From positions 66,216-130,215 of the forward strand of contig JBAZWB010000002.1 in assembly GCA_041660605.1 (NCBI GenBank): DNA of 64,000 nt, read 5' to 3'. The notes under the pieces are model-generated. The model worked only from the letters and a program-made list of their open reading frames with translations, had not been told where the DNA came from and ran no database searches. Source of the DNA: Patescibacteria group bacterium. GTDB lineage: Bacteria > Patescibacteriota > Patescibacteriia > UBA10025 > JAHIVO01. Both the position numbers and the translations under genes were made by a program. Of the stretch, positions 1 to 8,072 are shown one piece after another; within the stretch, counting starts at the first letter, position 1; each line of letters starts with the position of its first letter.

Positions 1-77
1 CAGATCGCTTTCAAAAAAGGGTAAAAAATAACCGACTAAAAAACCCATTGAGTTTAATTTTGGGTTTTTTGTTATTT

Positions 78-770
78 TTAATTACCGCCAAACCGGCGAT
101 TTCTCTTTTTATATTCATCCACGGCGGTTTCCATGTCCCGGCCGGAAAAATCCGGCCAATGCTTAGCGGTAAAATAATATTCAGCGTAAGCCGCTTCCCA
201 TAATAAAAACCCTGAGGTGCGCATTTCACCCGAAGTCCTGATAATCAAATCCGGATAAGGCACCGTCGGATCATAAAGATTCTGCCGGATGGCTTCTTCC
301 GTAACCTGAGCAGGCTTGATCCCACGTTTAACCAGCTTTTTGACCGCGTCAATTATTTCCGCCTGGCCGCCGTAATTTATACCCACGTTTAACACCGCTT
401 TTTTATTGTCTTTCGTCCTGGCCATCGCGTTTTCCAGAGCTTGTCGCGATTCTTTTGGCAGCTCCTCGAGGCGCCCGATAATATTTAGTTTGGTGCCGTT
501 TTTTATGAACCAATCAAACTCTTTAATTACCGCCTCCCTGATCAATTTCATTAAAAAACCGACTTCTTCTTTGGGGCGCGACCAGTTTTCCTGGGAAAAA
601 GCCCAGACTGTCAGGAATTTAATCCCCTTTTTAATGCACCAATCGCCAATCCGTTTTAACGCCTGGACGCCCTCGCGGTGCCCCATAAAAGCGGGCAAGC
701 CGTGTTCTTTGGCCCAGCGCCGGTTGCCGTCCATGATTATGCCGATGTGTTTTGGCAGTTTATTTTCCAT
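78..770 (-). CDS. uppS: Undecaprenyl-diphosphate synthase (cis-isoprenyl transferase)
   Basis: 230 aa; N-terminal HIGIIMDGNRRWA motif and C-terminal RTSGE...SGFLLWE block typical of UPP synthase. Confidence 0.9.
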   Translation of the reverse strand: MENKLPKHIGIIMDGNRRWAKEHGLPAFMGHREGVQALKRIGDWCIKKGIKFLTVWAFSQENWSRPKEEVGFLMKLIREAVIKEFDWFIKNGTKLNIIGRLEELPKESRQALENAMARTKDNKKAVLNVGINYGGQAEIIDAVKKLVKRGIKPAQVTEEAIRQNLYDPTVPYPDLIIRTSGEMRTSGFLLWEAAYAEYYFTAKHWPDFSGRDMETAVDEYKKRNRRFGGN

Positions 771-829
771 AAATATAAATCCGCTTTCCCTGTTATTATC
801 GGGGATATGGAAATAAAAGGCAACCGCGC

Positions 830-1894
830 TTATTTTTCGCGATCCGCCATATATCCCAGCAGATCGGCCAATACTTTCTTATAGCTTTGGCTGATTTTCA
901 GCTGTTTGATAATTTTCAGGGCTTGCTCCCTGTAGCCGCTGACCCGCGTTTCTACAGCCTCAATTACTCCCAGTTCAATGATCAGCTTCTGCACGTAGCG
1001 CAGCTGCTGCTGGCTGATTTTGTCCCTGTCGAAAATTTTGTACAGCCTGGCTTTTTGCGCAGGGCTGGCCCGCTTGAAAAGAAAATGGTAGTAAAATGTT
1101 TTTTTATTTTCCCGAATATCCACGCCTACCGACTTGCCAATGCCGCTCTCCCTGCCAAAAAGGCCGAGATAATCATCCCTGATCTGGAATATTACTCCGA
1201 TATATTCACCCAGTTTCATTAATAGCTTGACGATTGACTGGGGCTGCCCGGCCAGCAACGCGCCTAACATTAATGGCAAAGAAACGGTGTAGCGGGCGGT
1301 CTTATACTGATAAATGGCGGCTATCTCCCGCTGGCTCGTCTCCCTCGCGGCATACCCCAGATACATTTCACTGAGCTGAGCCAGGCCTACCGAGGCCATT
1401 TCCTGGGCAAAGGTCCTGATAATTTTTTCCTTCTGCTTCTCCTTGATTTTTAATCCTGACAAAAGCTCAAAGGTAATCAAAAAAATCACGTCCCCGGCGC
1501 ATAAAGCGCTGCTCATCCCGAAATGCCCGGCTTTCTCAAATCCCTCTTTTTCCCCCAACCGCTGGTACTGCAGATGCATAGCGGGTTTGCCTCTGCGCAG
1601 AGCGCTGTTATCCATAATGTCATCATGCACCAGCAGGGCTGAATGGAAAAGTTCGATAGCGCCGGCCGTTTTGATAACCTCCTGATTGATTTTCTTCCCG
1701 AACATCTGGTAAGCCAGGATAATCAGGCTGCCGCGTATCATCTTGCCGCGCCGGGTGAATTCCAGCAGCCGGCCCATGACATCGCGGCTCCAGCGCTGGT
1801 GGACAGCCGAATACTGTCTAGTTTTCTCGCTTAAAAAAACCTTTAAAAACCTGACGATTATTCTTTTGTGCCGGCTGATAATTTTGTCTTCCAA
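830..1894 (-). CDS. Polyprenyl diphosphate synthase (trans-isoprenyl diphosphate synthase family)
   Basis: 354 aa; first Asp-rich motif LLVHDDIMD and second motif FQIRDDYLG; chain-length product not determinable. Confidence 0.8.
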   Translation of the reverse strand: MEDKIISRHKRIIVRFLKVFLSEKTRQYSAVHQRWSRDVMGRLLEFTRRGKMIRGSLIILAYQMFGKKINQEVIKTAGAIELFHSALLVHDDIMDNSALRRGKPAMHLQYQRLGEKEGFEKAGHFGMSSALCAGDVIFLITFELLSGLKIKEKQKEKIIRTFAQEMASVGLAQLSEMYLGYAARETSQREIAAIYQYKTARYTVSLPLMLGALLAGQPQSIVKLLMKLGEYIGVIFQIRDDYLGLFGRESGIGKSVGVDIRENKKTFYYHFLFKRASPAQKARLYKIFDRDKISQQQLRYVQKLIIELGVIEAVETRVSGYREQALKIIKQLKISQSYKKVLADLLGYMADREK

Positions 1895-1951
1895 TTTTTT
1901 GCCTTAAAAATATTAAGAAATTACTTGCCCTGGCCCGGTGGCCAGAAAAAG

Positions 1952-2554
1952 TCAATCCATTATATTCAGCCGCAGGAAGTCCTTCAGCTTCTTAAAAGCC
2001 AGCCCCCGATGGCTGATATCATTTTTCTCCTGGTCTGTCATTTCGGCAAAAGTTTTCTTGCCGCCCTGCGGAATAAAAACCAAATCATAGGGCAGGCTGG
2101 GTCTGTCCTGACCTGCTGTTTTGCCTGCAATAGACCCCTCAATCTTGCCGCTGAAAACCCAGTTCCGGAGCTCCGGACTGACCAGAACCAATACGCTTTC
2201 AAAATACGCCTGGCGCTTGCCAGCTGGAATTTTTTTCATTTCCTGCAGAAGTTTTTCTACGATCTTTTCACCGCTGGCGTTCTCACCTGCCCAGCGCGCG
2301 GAACGCACGCCCGGTTCTCCGCCGAGCGCTTCGACAAACAATCCGGAATCATCCGCTACGGTCCACTCTCCTGTTTGTTCGGCCACCAGCCTGGCTTTTT
2401 TCAGGGCGTTCTCCGCCAGGGTCGTGCCGTCTTCGGAAATTTCCTGCGTGACGCCAGCCGCTTCGGCACTTTTTATTTCTACTCCCAGATCTTCCAATAA
2501 ATTTTGCATTTCAATCATCTTGCCGGGATTTTTCGTGGCCATGACGATGATCAT
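1952..2554 (-). CDS. rdgB: Non-canonical purine NTP pyrophosphatase (RdgB/HAM1 family)
   Basis: 200 aa; ATKNPGK N-terminus, DDSGL, SHRG motif near C-terminus. Confidence 0.85.
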   Translation of the reverse strand: MIIVMATKNPGKMIEMQNLLEDLGVEIKSAEAAGVTQEISEDGTTLAENALKKARLVAEQTGEWTVADDSGLFVEALGGEPGVRSARWAGENASGEKIVEKLLQEMKKIPAGKRQAYFESVLVLVSPELRNWVFSGKIEGSIAGKTAGQDRPSLPYDLVFIPQGGKKTFAEMTDQEKNDISHRGLAFKKLKDFLRLNIMD

Positions 2555-2572
2555 GGAAATTTATTATTTTAA

Positions 2573-3274
2573 TTATAAGCTATTAAATTCCTTTTCTATA
2601 TAATCTTTCTCCAGCGCGAGTTCCTGGGGAGCAAGCCCGCTTTCGCAAATAAATGGCACGTCTAAACCTTTAGCTGCTTTTATAATTTCAGTTTGCCTGG
2701 TTTTAAAGAGCGGGTAATGCACGTTCTCAGAGTCTAGCCCGCTGATATGAATTTCCGACAAACGCTCAGAAAATTCCTTTATAAAATCCGCGGCCAATTT
2801 CATGGTCGGATCATTGTCCCAGATATGATTCACATCCAGAATAAAGCGAAATAAAGTATTTAACGTAAGCAGCTTGGACAGATCCTCCGGCTTCTTCCCG
2901 AAATTCTTAGCCTTGTCCATATTTTCAAACCCCACGGGGAAAGGCAGGTCATCAAATATATCAATATCTATAACGTTATCCGGATGAATAACTACCACAT
3001 CCAGCGGCCGTAGCTTGTGCGTTTCGGAAATGGCCTGGAAGATTTTAAATGTTTCCTGATTATCGGCATAATCCATTCTGGGCGCGTGCAGGCTGACATA
3101 ATCAAAACCGGCCAAATCCTCCTCGGTAATGGCCGCCAACTCTCCGGCCTCAATGCGCTCTTTGCGCACAAAACCCAGCTCTACCGCCCGGCAGCCGATC
3201 TTTTTAAATTCAGCGATAGCCTGCTTGGGCTCCATATAATCATGCAAATCACCGGTAGAAAATCCAAATATCAT
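2573..3274 (-). CDS. TIM-barrel protein, sugar-phosphate isomerase/epimerase (xylose-isomerase-like) family, putative
   Basis: 233 aa; alternating beta/alpha pattern with conserved His/Asp/Glu positions; no specific motif recognised. Confidence 0.4.
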   Translation of the reverse strand: MIFGFSTGDLHDYMEPKQAIAEFKKIGCRAVELGFVRKERIEAGELAAITEEDLAGFDYVSLHAPRMDYADNQETFKIFQAISETHKLRPLDVVVIHPDNVIDIDIFDDLPFPVGFENMDKAKNFGKKPEDLSKLLTLNTLFRFILDVNHIWDNDPTMKLAADFIKEFSERLSEIHISGLDSENVHYPLFKTRQTEIIKAAKGLDVPFICESGLAPQELALEKDYIEKEFNSL

Positions 3275-3289
3275 AGGTGGTTGTTAGAT

Positions 3290-3375
3290 AATGGCGAATG
3301 GGTTATGGTTAAAAGCATGTGGTTAAATTACTATAAGCTATTAGCTATATGCTATTAGCCAACCGCTATACGCTA
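3290..3375. repeat. Short tandem ~7-nt repeat (NAGCTAT units, about 7 imperfect copies) in an intergenic region
   Basis: agctat tagctat atgctat tagcc aaccgctat acgctat aaactat gagcta seen directly. Confidence 0.5.
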
Positions 3376-3379
3376 TAAA

Positions 3380-4294
3380 CTATGAGCTAAACTTAAACCT
3401 AATAAATAAATCCGCGAAATATTTAAAATTATTCGCTATCTGTTCAACCGCCTGTTCGCGGGTAATCTTCTCTGATTTGAAATCCACCAGTGCCTGCCAA
3501 AAAACCGTCCTGCCGACCGCAAAACCGATGACCCCGTCCACCCTGGCGCCGGTCTCAATCCATTTTTCTACCAGCTCGCGGGTCTCGCCGCGTCCCAACA
3601 CGATCATGCAGACCTGCCCGCGCCGCCCCTTGCGCATCTGCTTGATGACGTCCTGGTAATTTTCCATTTCCTGAAATCCCTCAATTTTCCAGACATCCGG
3701 ATCCACTCCGCCTTTTTGCAATTCTTTGACCATTTTTATTGCCAGGTCCGGACGCATTTCCAGATTGTACCGGCGATGGTCGGCCTGCACTTTGTTCAGC
3801 TGGTCCACAGTCGGAGGCACCAGAACTTCTAGCATGAATTTATAACCGTGAGTGCGGCAATAATCGCTTAACTTTGCTAATCGCTGGCGCTGTCGTTCGT
3901 TTAATTCCTCATCTCCGCCGGGATTGTAGCGTAGTAAAGCTTTGGCAAACTGCGGCCGGTATTTATCCAGGTGTTCGCCGAATTGGTGGTTAAATTCAAA
4001 ATCAAATTCAGCCTGCCCGCTTTTTTCCGTGCACATGCAGACAATAAAACCAGCCTGTCTGGCTTGGCGCAAAATCAAATCACCGCACTGCTCGTCCACC
4101 AGTATGGCCGCGGATTCTTTCGGCACCCCGCGGCTGACGGCCAGAGCAAAACCTTCGTAGATTATCTGCTTGTATTCCGCCAGCTTGGCCACGCGTTCAA
4201 TGGTAAACAAATCCTCCCAGCCGAACATCTTTTCAGCAAAGCTTTGGCGGTGGTCAAATGGCAATATGTATAATGGTTTGTTATATCCGAGCAT
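3380..4294 (-). CDS. Aldolase-like TIM-barrel protein (DUF2090 / 5-keto-2-deoxy-phosphogluconate aldolase-like), putative
   Basis: 304 aa; N-terminal LYILPFDHRQSF resembles the DUF2090/IolC-C-terminal-type aldolase family; family call from memory only. Confidence 0.4.
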   Translation of the reverse strand: MLGYNKPLYILPFDHRQSFAEKMFGWEDLFTIERVAKLAEYKQIIYEGFALAVSRGVPKESAAILVDEQCGDLILRQARQAGFIVCMCTEKSGQAEFDFEFNHQFGEHLDKYRPQFAKALLRYNPGGDEELNERQRQRLAKLSDYCRTHGYKFMLEVLVPPTVDQLNKVQADHRRYNLEMRPDLAIKMVKELQKGGVDPDVWKIEGFQEMENYQDVIKQMRKGRRGQVCMIVLGRGETRELVEKWIETGARVDGVIGFAVGRTVFWQALVDFKSEKITREQAVEQIANNFKYFADLFIRFKFSS

Positions 4295-4367
4295 TTTTTA
4301 TGGATTAACTTGTGTGTTTATTATAGATTAAGAGGAGATATTTTCATAATTTAATATTATAATTGCC

Positions 4368-4943
4368 CTAAAATATCTCTATTAACGATTGTCTTACCAA
4401 AGTTCTGATTTGCTCATCCGAAAATTTTATTTGGCTATTCAGCTCCTTGGCTGTTGGCGAAAGCCTATTGTACATAAATTGGATTTTTTGCTTGGCTTTT
4501 TCCTCGCCATTTCTTTTCAGGTAAAAAGGAATATTATACTCAAAAAACGCCAGGCTATCAGCGTTCATTAAAACATTAATTTCTTCGCCGCCGCCGATTT
4601 CGTGATTTTCAATAAGATATCGGGTTTTATCAATAATTTTTTCTTCAAAATGGCATTCGCTCATTAACTCAGAAATGATCTTTGCAGAAACAAATGAATG
4701 TTGTTTCTTGTACTCATTGTAATCCTTAAAATCTTCTTTTTTTACTCTTCTTTCCGGAAAGCTCCTGTCAATATCATGCCCAAGAGCAGCCACCTGAAGC
4801 GCAATGTCAGCATTTGTCTTTAATTTCAAAACGTTTTTCCAGGTCAACTGCGAATGGACGTAATCTTCTTCTGCAACAGATTTCTTGGTTAGTTCTTCTA
4901 TCTTCTTCTTTACGATTTCAAATTTATCGTTTAAATATACCAT
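4368..4943 (-). CDS. HD-domain protein (putative metal-dependent phosphohydrolase)
   Basis: About 190 aa from internal Met (MVYLNDKF...), which abuts the Fic stop; H...HD motif (AALGHDIDR); the longest ORF would overlap Fic by about 40 nt. Confidence 0.5.
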   Translation of the reverse strand: MVYLNDKFEIVKKKIEELTKKSVAEEDYVHSQLTWKNVLKLKTNADIALQVAALGHDIDRSFPERRVKKEDFKDYNEYKKQHSFVSAKIISELMSECHFEEKIIDKTRYLIENHEIGGGEEINVLMNADSLAFFEYNIPFYLKRNGEEKAKQKIQFMYNRLSPTAKELNSQIKFSDEQIRTLVRQSLIEIF

Positions 4944-4944
4944 A

Positions 4945-6003
4945 TTATTTGTTGGGAATATAAATAGTTGCTTTACCTTTGCCAACCGATTTAATCATTC
5001 TAATTTTTTTCAGTCGCTGTAAATGCAATTGCGCCGTGCGCCGGGGGCAGTTTAACACCTCTTCCGCGTCCTTAACGGTCATACGGCTGACCTGATCCAA
5101 AAAATCAATAATTTTAAGCTGTTCAGGGCTTAAATATATTTGGGACTTAACCCTCGTACCTTTGGAACGCGCTGCCAAAGACAATATCCTTCCCTTAACG
5201 CGGTCAATTTCGTCTTTAAATCCGGTTATAAAATAATCCAGCCACGGCGTGCAGTCCTTTTGCCGTTCATCATAATTTTTACCCTGATTAATGGCTTTAT
5301 AATATGCCGGCCGGTCTGTATTATAATAATCTTCCAGAGCAAATAATCGGCGGAAGTCATACCCCCGCTGATACAAAATCAAGGTGGCCAGCGCTCTAGC
5401 CGTACGGCCATTGCCGTCTGTAAACGGATGTATCGCGGCAATTTCCAGATGCGCCACTGCCGCGACGATCACCGGATTAATCTGTTTTTTTTCGCTGTCT
5501 CTGAGCCAAGCCACAAAATTATTCATCAATTGTGGCACGCGCTTGGCTTCCGGGCCGGTGTACATTATTTGCGCCGGCAGACCGAGACGCCGTCGTACTA
5601 CGTAAATCGGCCCCGGGCGGTAGTGCCCGCTGGATCGCGGAGCCAGCGTATTGCTGGTAACCAGGTTATGAATTTTAAGTATAACTTTTTCACTTATCAA
5701 CTGGCGCTGCGCCACGACTTTTTCGATGTATTCCAGTGCTTTCAGATAATTTTTTACCTCATAAATATCGCGAGCCGGCGCGTCTATCTTCCTATGAGCA
5801 TAGAGCGCCTCTACTTGGGCGATGTCCAAACGGTTGCCTTCAATTTCCGTGGAATGGTGCGTCATGCGAATGACGGCCTGGCGGCGTAAACGCAATTCCT
5901 GCTGGGGCAATATCCGGGCATGCTCAATTACGGCTTTGGCTTCCGCAATAGCCGTCAAATCGCGCAAAATATTGTCGGATAAAGTATAGACGGGTTTAAA
6001 CAT
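4945..6003 (-). CDS. Fic/Doc family AMP-transferase-like protein with N-terminal inhibitory motif and C-terminal winged-helix domain
   Basis: 352 aa; canonical Fic motif HPFTDGNGRTARAL; SxxxEG inhibitory motif (STEIEG); basic C-terminal wHTH-like tail. Confidence 0.85.
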   Translation of the reverse strand: MFKPVYTLSDNILRDLTAIAEAKAVIEHARILPQQELRLRRQAVIRMTHHSTEIEGNRLDIAQVEALYAHRKIDAPARDIYEVKNYLKALEYIEKVVAQRQLISEKVILKIHNLVTSNTLAPRSSGHYRPGPIYVVRRRLGLPAQIMYTGPEAKRVPQLMNNFVAWLRDSEKKQINPVIVAAVAHLEIAAIHPFTDGNGRTARALATLILYQRGYDFRRLFALEDYYNTDRPAYYKAINQGKNYDERQKDCTPWLDYFITGFKDEIDRVKGRILSLAARSKGTRVKSQIYLSPEQLKIIDFLDQVSRMTVKDAEEVLNCPRRTAQLHLQRLKKIRMIKSVGKGKATIYIPNK

Positions 6004-6048
6004 ATATATTGGATGCTTTCTGTATGCAGTATATCATATAATCCCGAA

Positions 6049-6078
6049 TCGCGCAAGATACGCGCAACAATCGCGCAA
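6049..6078 (-). promoter_or_regulatory. Three direct repeats TTGCGCGA (minus-strand reading) spaced exactly 11 bp, immediately upstream of a TATATGAT -10-like box of the Fic-HD operon; putative operator
   Basis: aatcgcgcaagatacgcgcaacaatcgcgcaatatt; period 6049/6060/6071. Confidence 0.4.
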
Positions 6079-6104
6079 TATTATTTAAGTCAAAAATAAA
6101 AATT

Positions 6105-6167
6105 CTCGGCAAAGCTTTGGCGGTGGTCAAATGGCAGAATGTATAATGGCTTGTTATATCCGAGCAT
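6105..6167 (-). pseudogene. Duplicated 5' fragment (first 21 codons) of the aldolase-like gene at 3380..4294
   Basis: Translates MLGYNKPLYILPFDHRQSFAE then diverges to a stop; about 94% identical to 4231..4294; all 4 differences are synonymous. Confidence 0.6.
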
Positions 6168-6234
6168 TTTTATATTTAGTACTTACGCTGGTTATTATAT
6201 CAGATTTAAATATTTAACTATGCCTACAATTTGA

Positions 6235-6498
6235 TTACTTGCTATTCCTTCTTTTAAGATGATAAGAGATTTTGGTTAATAACTCCGAACCAAATCCAAT
6301 CAATGTTCCCACAACTGCAATTTTTCCAATTAAAGACCATTTAAATCCATTTCCAATCAAAAAAACAATAACCGCAACTATTAATCCAATAATAGCACCG
6401 ATTGAAAAACCTCCCCAAACTGCATTTTTCGTTTTAAAATATTTAATTAATAACAAGATTGAAATTACTGCGAGGATAATCCAAATAGTGTTCATCAT
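6235..6498 (-). CDS. Small membrane protein (two predicted TM helices), hypothetical
   Basis: 87 aa, strongly hydrophobic; lies in the more AT-rich block. Confidence 0.4.
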   Translation of the reverse strand: MMNTIWIILAVISILLLIKYFKTKNAVWGGFSIGAIIGLIVAVIVFLIGNGFKWSLIGKIAVVGTLIGFGSELLTKISYHLKRRNSK

Positions 6499-6515
6499 AA
6501 AAATTTAATTAATTT

Positions 6516-6713
6516 TTAGTTGATGTCTCCAAAATATTTTTTTCGTGCCTCATACCAATTTTTTTCTGCGTAGTTAAGTTCTTCGGATGCTTTTATTTCT
6601 TCCTTCGTCAACCATTCCTTGTTATTATTGAGAAATGGCATATAATTTTTTATTGCCTCCTTTAAGAAATTGACTGCCCGTTTATACTCCAATTCAAACT
6701 TAGTATTTAACAT
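6516..6713 (-). CDS. Hypothetical small protein
   Basis: 65 aa, charged/helical; no similarity recognised. Confidence 0.3.
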   Translation of the reverse strand: MLNTKFELEYKRAVNFLKEAIKNYMPFLNNNKEWLTKEEIKASEELNYAEKNWYEARKKYFGDIN

Positions 6714-6749
6714 ATACGATATACTTATTTAATATCCGTGAGCACTGTC

Positions 6750-6947
6750 TTATAGTTTATAAGTTACGATATCTGCGCAAACATTACTTAAGTTAAGATT
6801 TTTTTCTGTAATATTAATTAAGCAATCAGCTCTCTTTGATTCGGCATCAATTTCATTTTTATCTCGGAAGTATATATTTAAAGAAAAAACTAAAAATAAA
6901 CCTAATGCCAGTACTATTAACTGCCAAATGATGATTTCTTTTTTCAT
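6750..6947 (-). CDS. Hypothetical small protein with N-terminal TM/signal segment
   Basis: 65 aa; MKKEIIIWQLIVLALGLFLVF hydrophobic N-terminus. Confidence 0.3.
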   Translation of the reverse strand: MKKEIIIWQLIVLALGLFLVFSLNIYFRDKNEIDAESKRADCLINITEKNLNLSNVCADIVTYKL

Positions 6948-7024
6948 AAATTTTAATGGGAATTAACTAATGGGTAATGATATTACTTTACCGATATTCT
7001 CAATTTTATTGTGCTTCATATTGT

Positions 7025-7462
7025 TTAATTAAATTTATATTCATTAGGTAAATTTTTTTTAAATATTTTTGTTAATACAATAAAATCCAATAGGATGTCA
7101 ATATCCCATGACTTTTCCGGAGGTATACCACTAATTCTTTTATCTGTTAAATGCATAAGTTCATTGTCGATACGTTTCTGCAACTTTATTATCCGTGCTG
7201 TTTTTTTGGGTAGTAATTTTTCCCATTGTTTTGATTCAATAAAATCAATAGCCCTTATATATGATTTTCCATTCTTACGATAATAAAAAAATTCTAATAA
7301 ATTTCTTGCATGCAGTAGAAAACACTCCAATGCCATCTGAAGACTTTTTTGTTCTTGTTGTTTGAGACATTCAAATATTTTATTAAAAGAAAAATTGAGC
7401 ATATCGTCTTCATATGCGAAGTGTTCAATAAGCCATGCTTTTTTATCTGAATTCTGTAACAT
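7025..7462 (-). CDS. Hypothetical protein
   Basis: 145 aa; AT-rich codon usage differs from neighbours; no motif recognised. Confidence 0.35.
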   Translation of the reverse strand: MLQNSDKKAWLIEHFAYEDDMLNFSFNKIFECLKQQEQKSLQMALECFLLHARNLLEFFYYRKNGKSYIRAIDFIESKQWEKLLPKKTARIIKLQKRIDNELMHLTDKRISGIPPEKSWDIDILLDFIVLTKIFKKNLPNEYKFN

Positions 7463-7532
7463 TTTTATTTTATTAAAGTATGAAAAGTTTTAATAATAGT
7501 ATTTTTTGATATCCCCTCATAATCCAACAACC

Positions 7533-8069
7533 CTACTTACCTTTCTCAAATATTGAAGCAAAACGGGCTTCACTAATGATTTTCATCACCTCTTCAGGCG
7601 AAAAAACTTTTCCATTTATAGCAACGTAAATGCCAGGCTTAAGATGTTCAAGCTGCGCTACGGCATACCCCAGATTAAATGGCCCATCTGAGGGTGAAAA
7701 ACCGCTAATTGGAACGGCAGATGCCGTCAGAACTATTGTCTGATCATTTCGTTTAAGATTTGCTTTCAGGAAACGGGCAGTATCAGGCATGGTGTATGTG
7801 CCATGGGTAACAATTATTTCAGTATGCGCACTATTTTCAATGATTTTTAGAATATTATCTAAATCTTCGCGTTTCAAATCACGGCTGTCTTTCATGCAAA
7901 CGGTTGTAAACTCAGCGCCATGATAAATCTTTAAACCATTAATAAAAGATGGGATTACCGAAATTTCATTTGGGACAGCCGTGTCTTTGCTGGCATCATA
8001 ATGAGAATCAATTGTCCCGCCGGTAATTATAAAATGGATTGTGCTTTTTTGTTTGCTCATATTATTCAA
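7533..8069 (-). CDS. L-asparaginase N-terminal-domain-like protein (asparaginase/glutaminase family, stand-alone short form)
   Basis: 178 aa; IITGGTIDS threonine-nucleophile motif and THGTYTMPDTA block. Confidence 0.6.
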   Translation of the reverse strand: MNNMSKQKSTIHFIITGGTIDSHYDASKDTAVPNEISVIPSFINGLKIYHGAEFTTVCMKDSRDLKREDLDNILKIIENSAHTEIIVTHGTYTMPDTARFLKANLKRNDQTIVLTASAVPISGFSPSDGPFNLGYAVAQLEHLKPGIYVAINGKVFSPEEVMKIISEARFASIFEKGK

Positions 8070-8072
8070 TAT

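Noticed and set aside
406-884. Plus-strand ORFs 406..816 and 678..884 overlapping uppS
   Set aside because: Antisense to a confidently identified gene; no start context.
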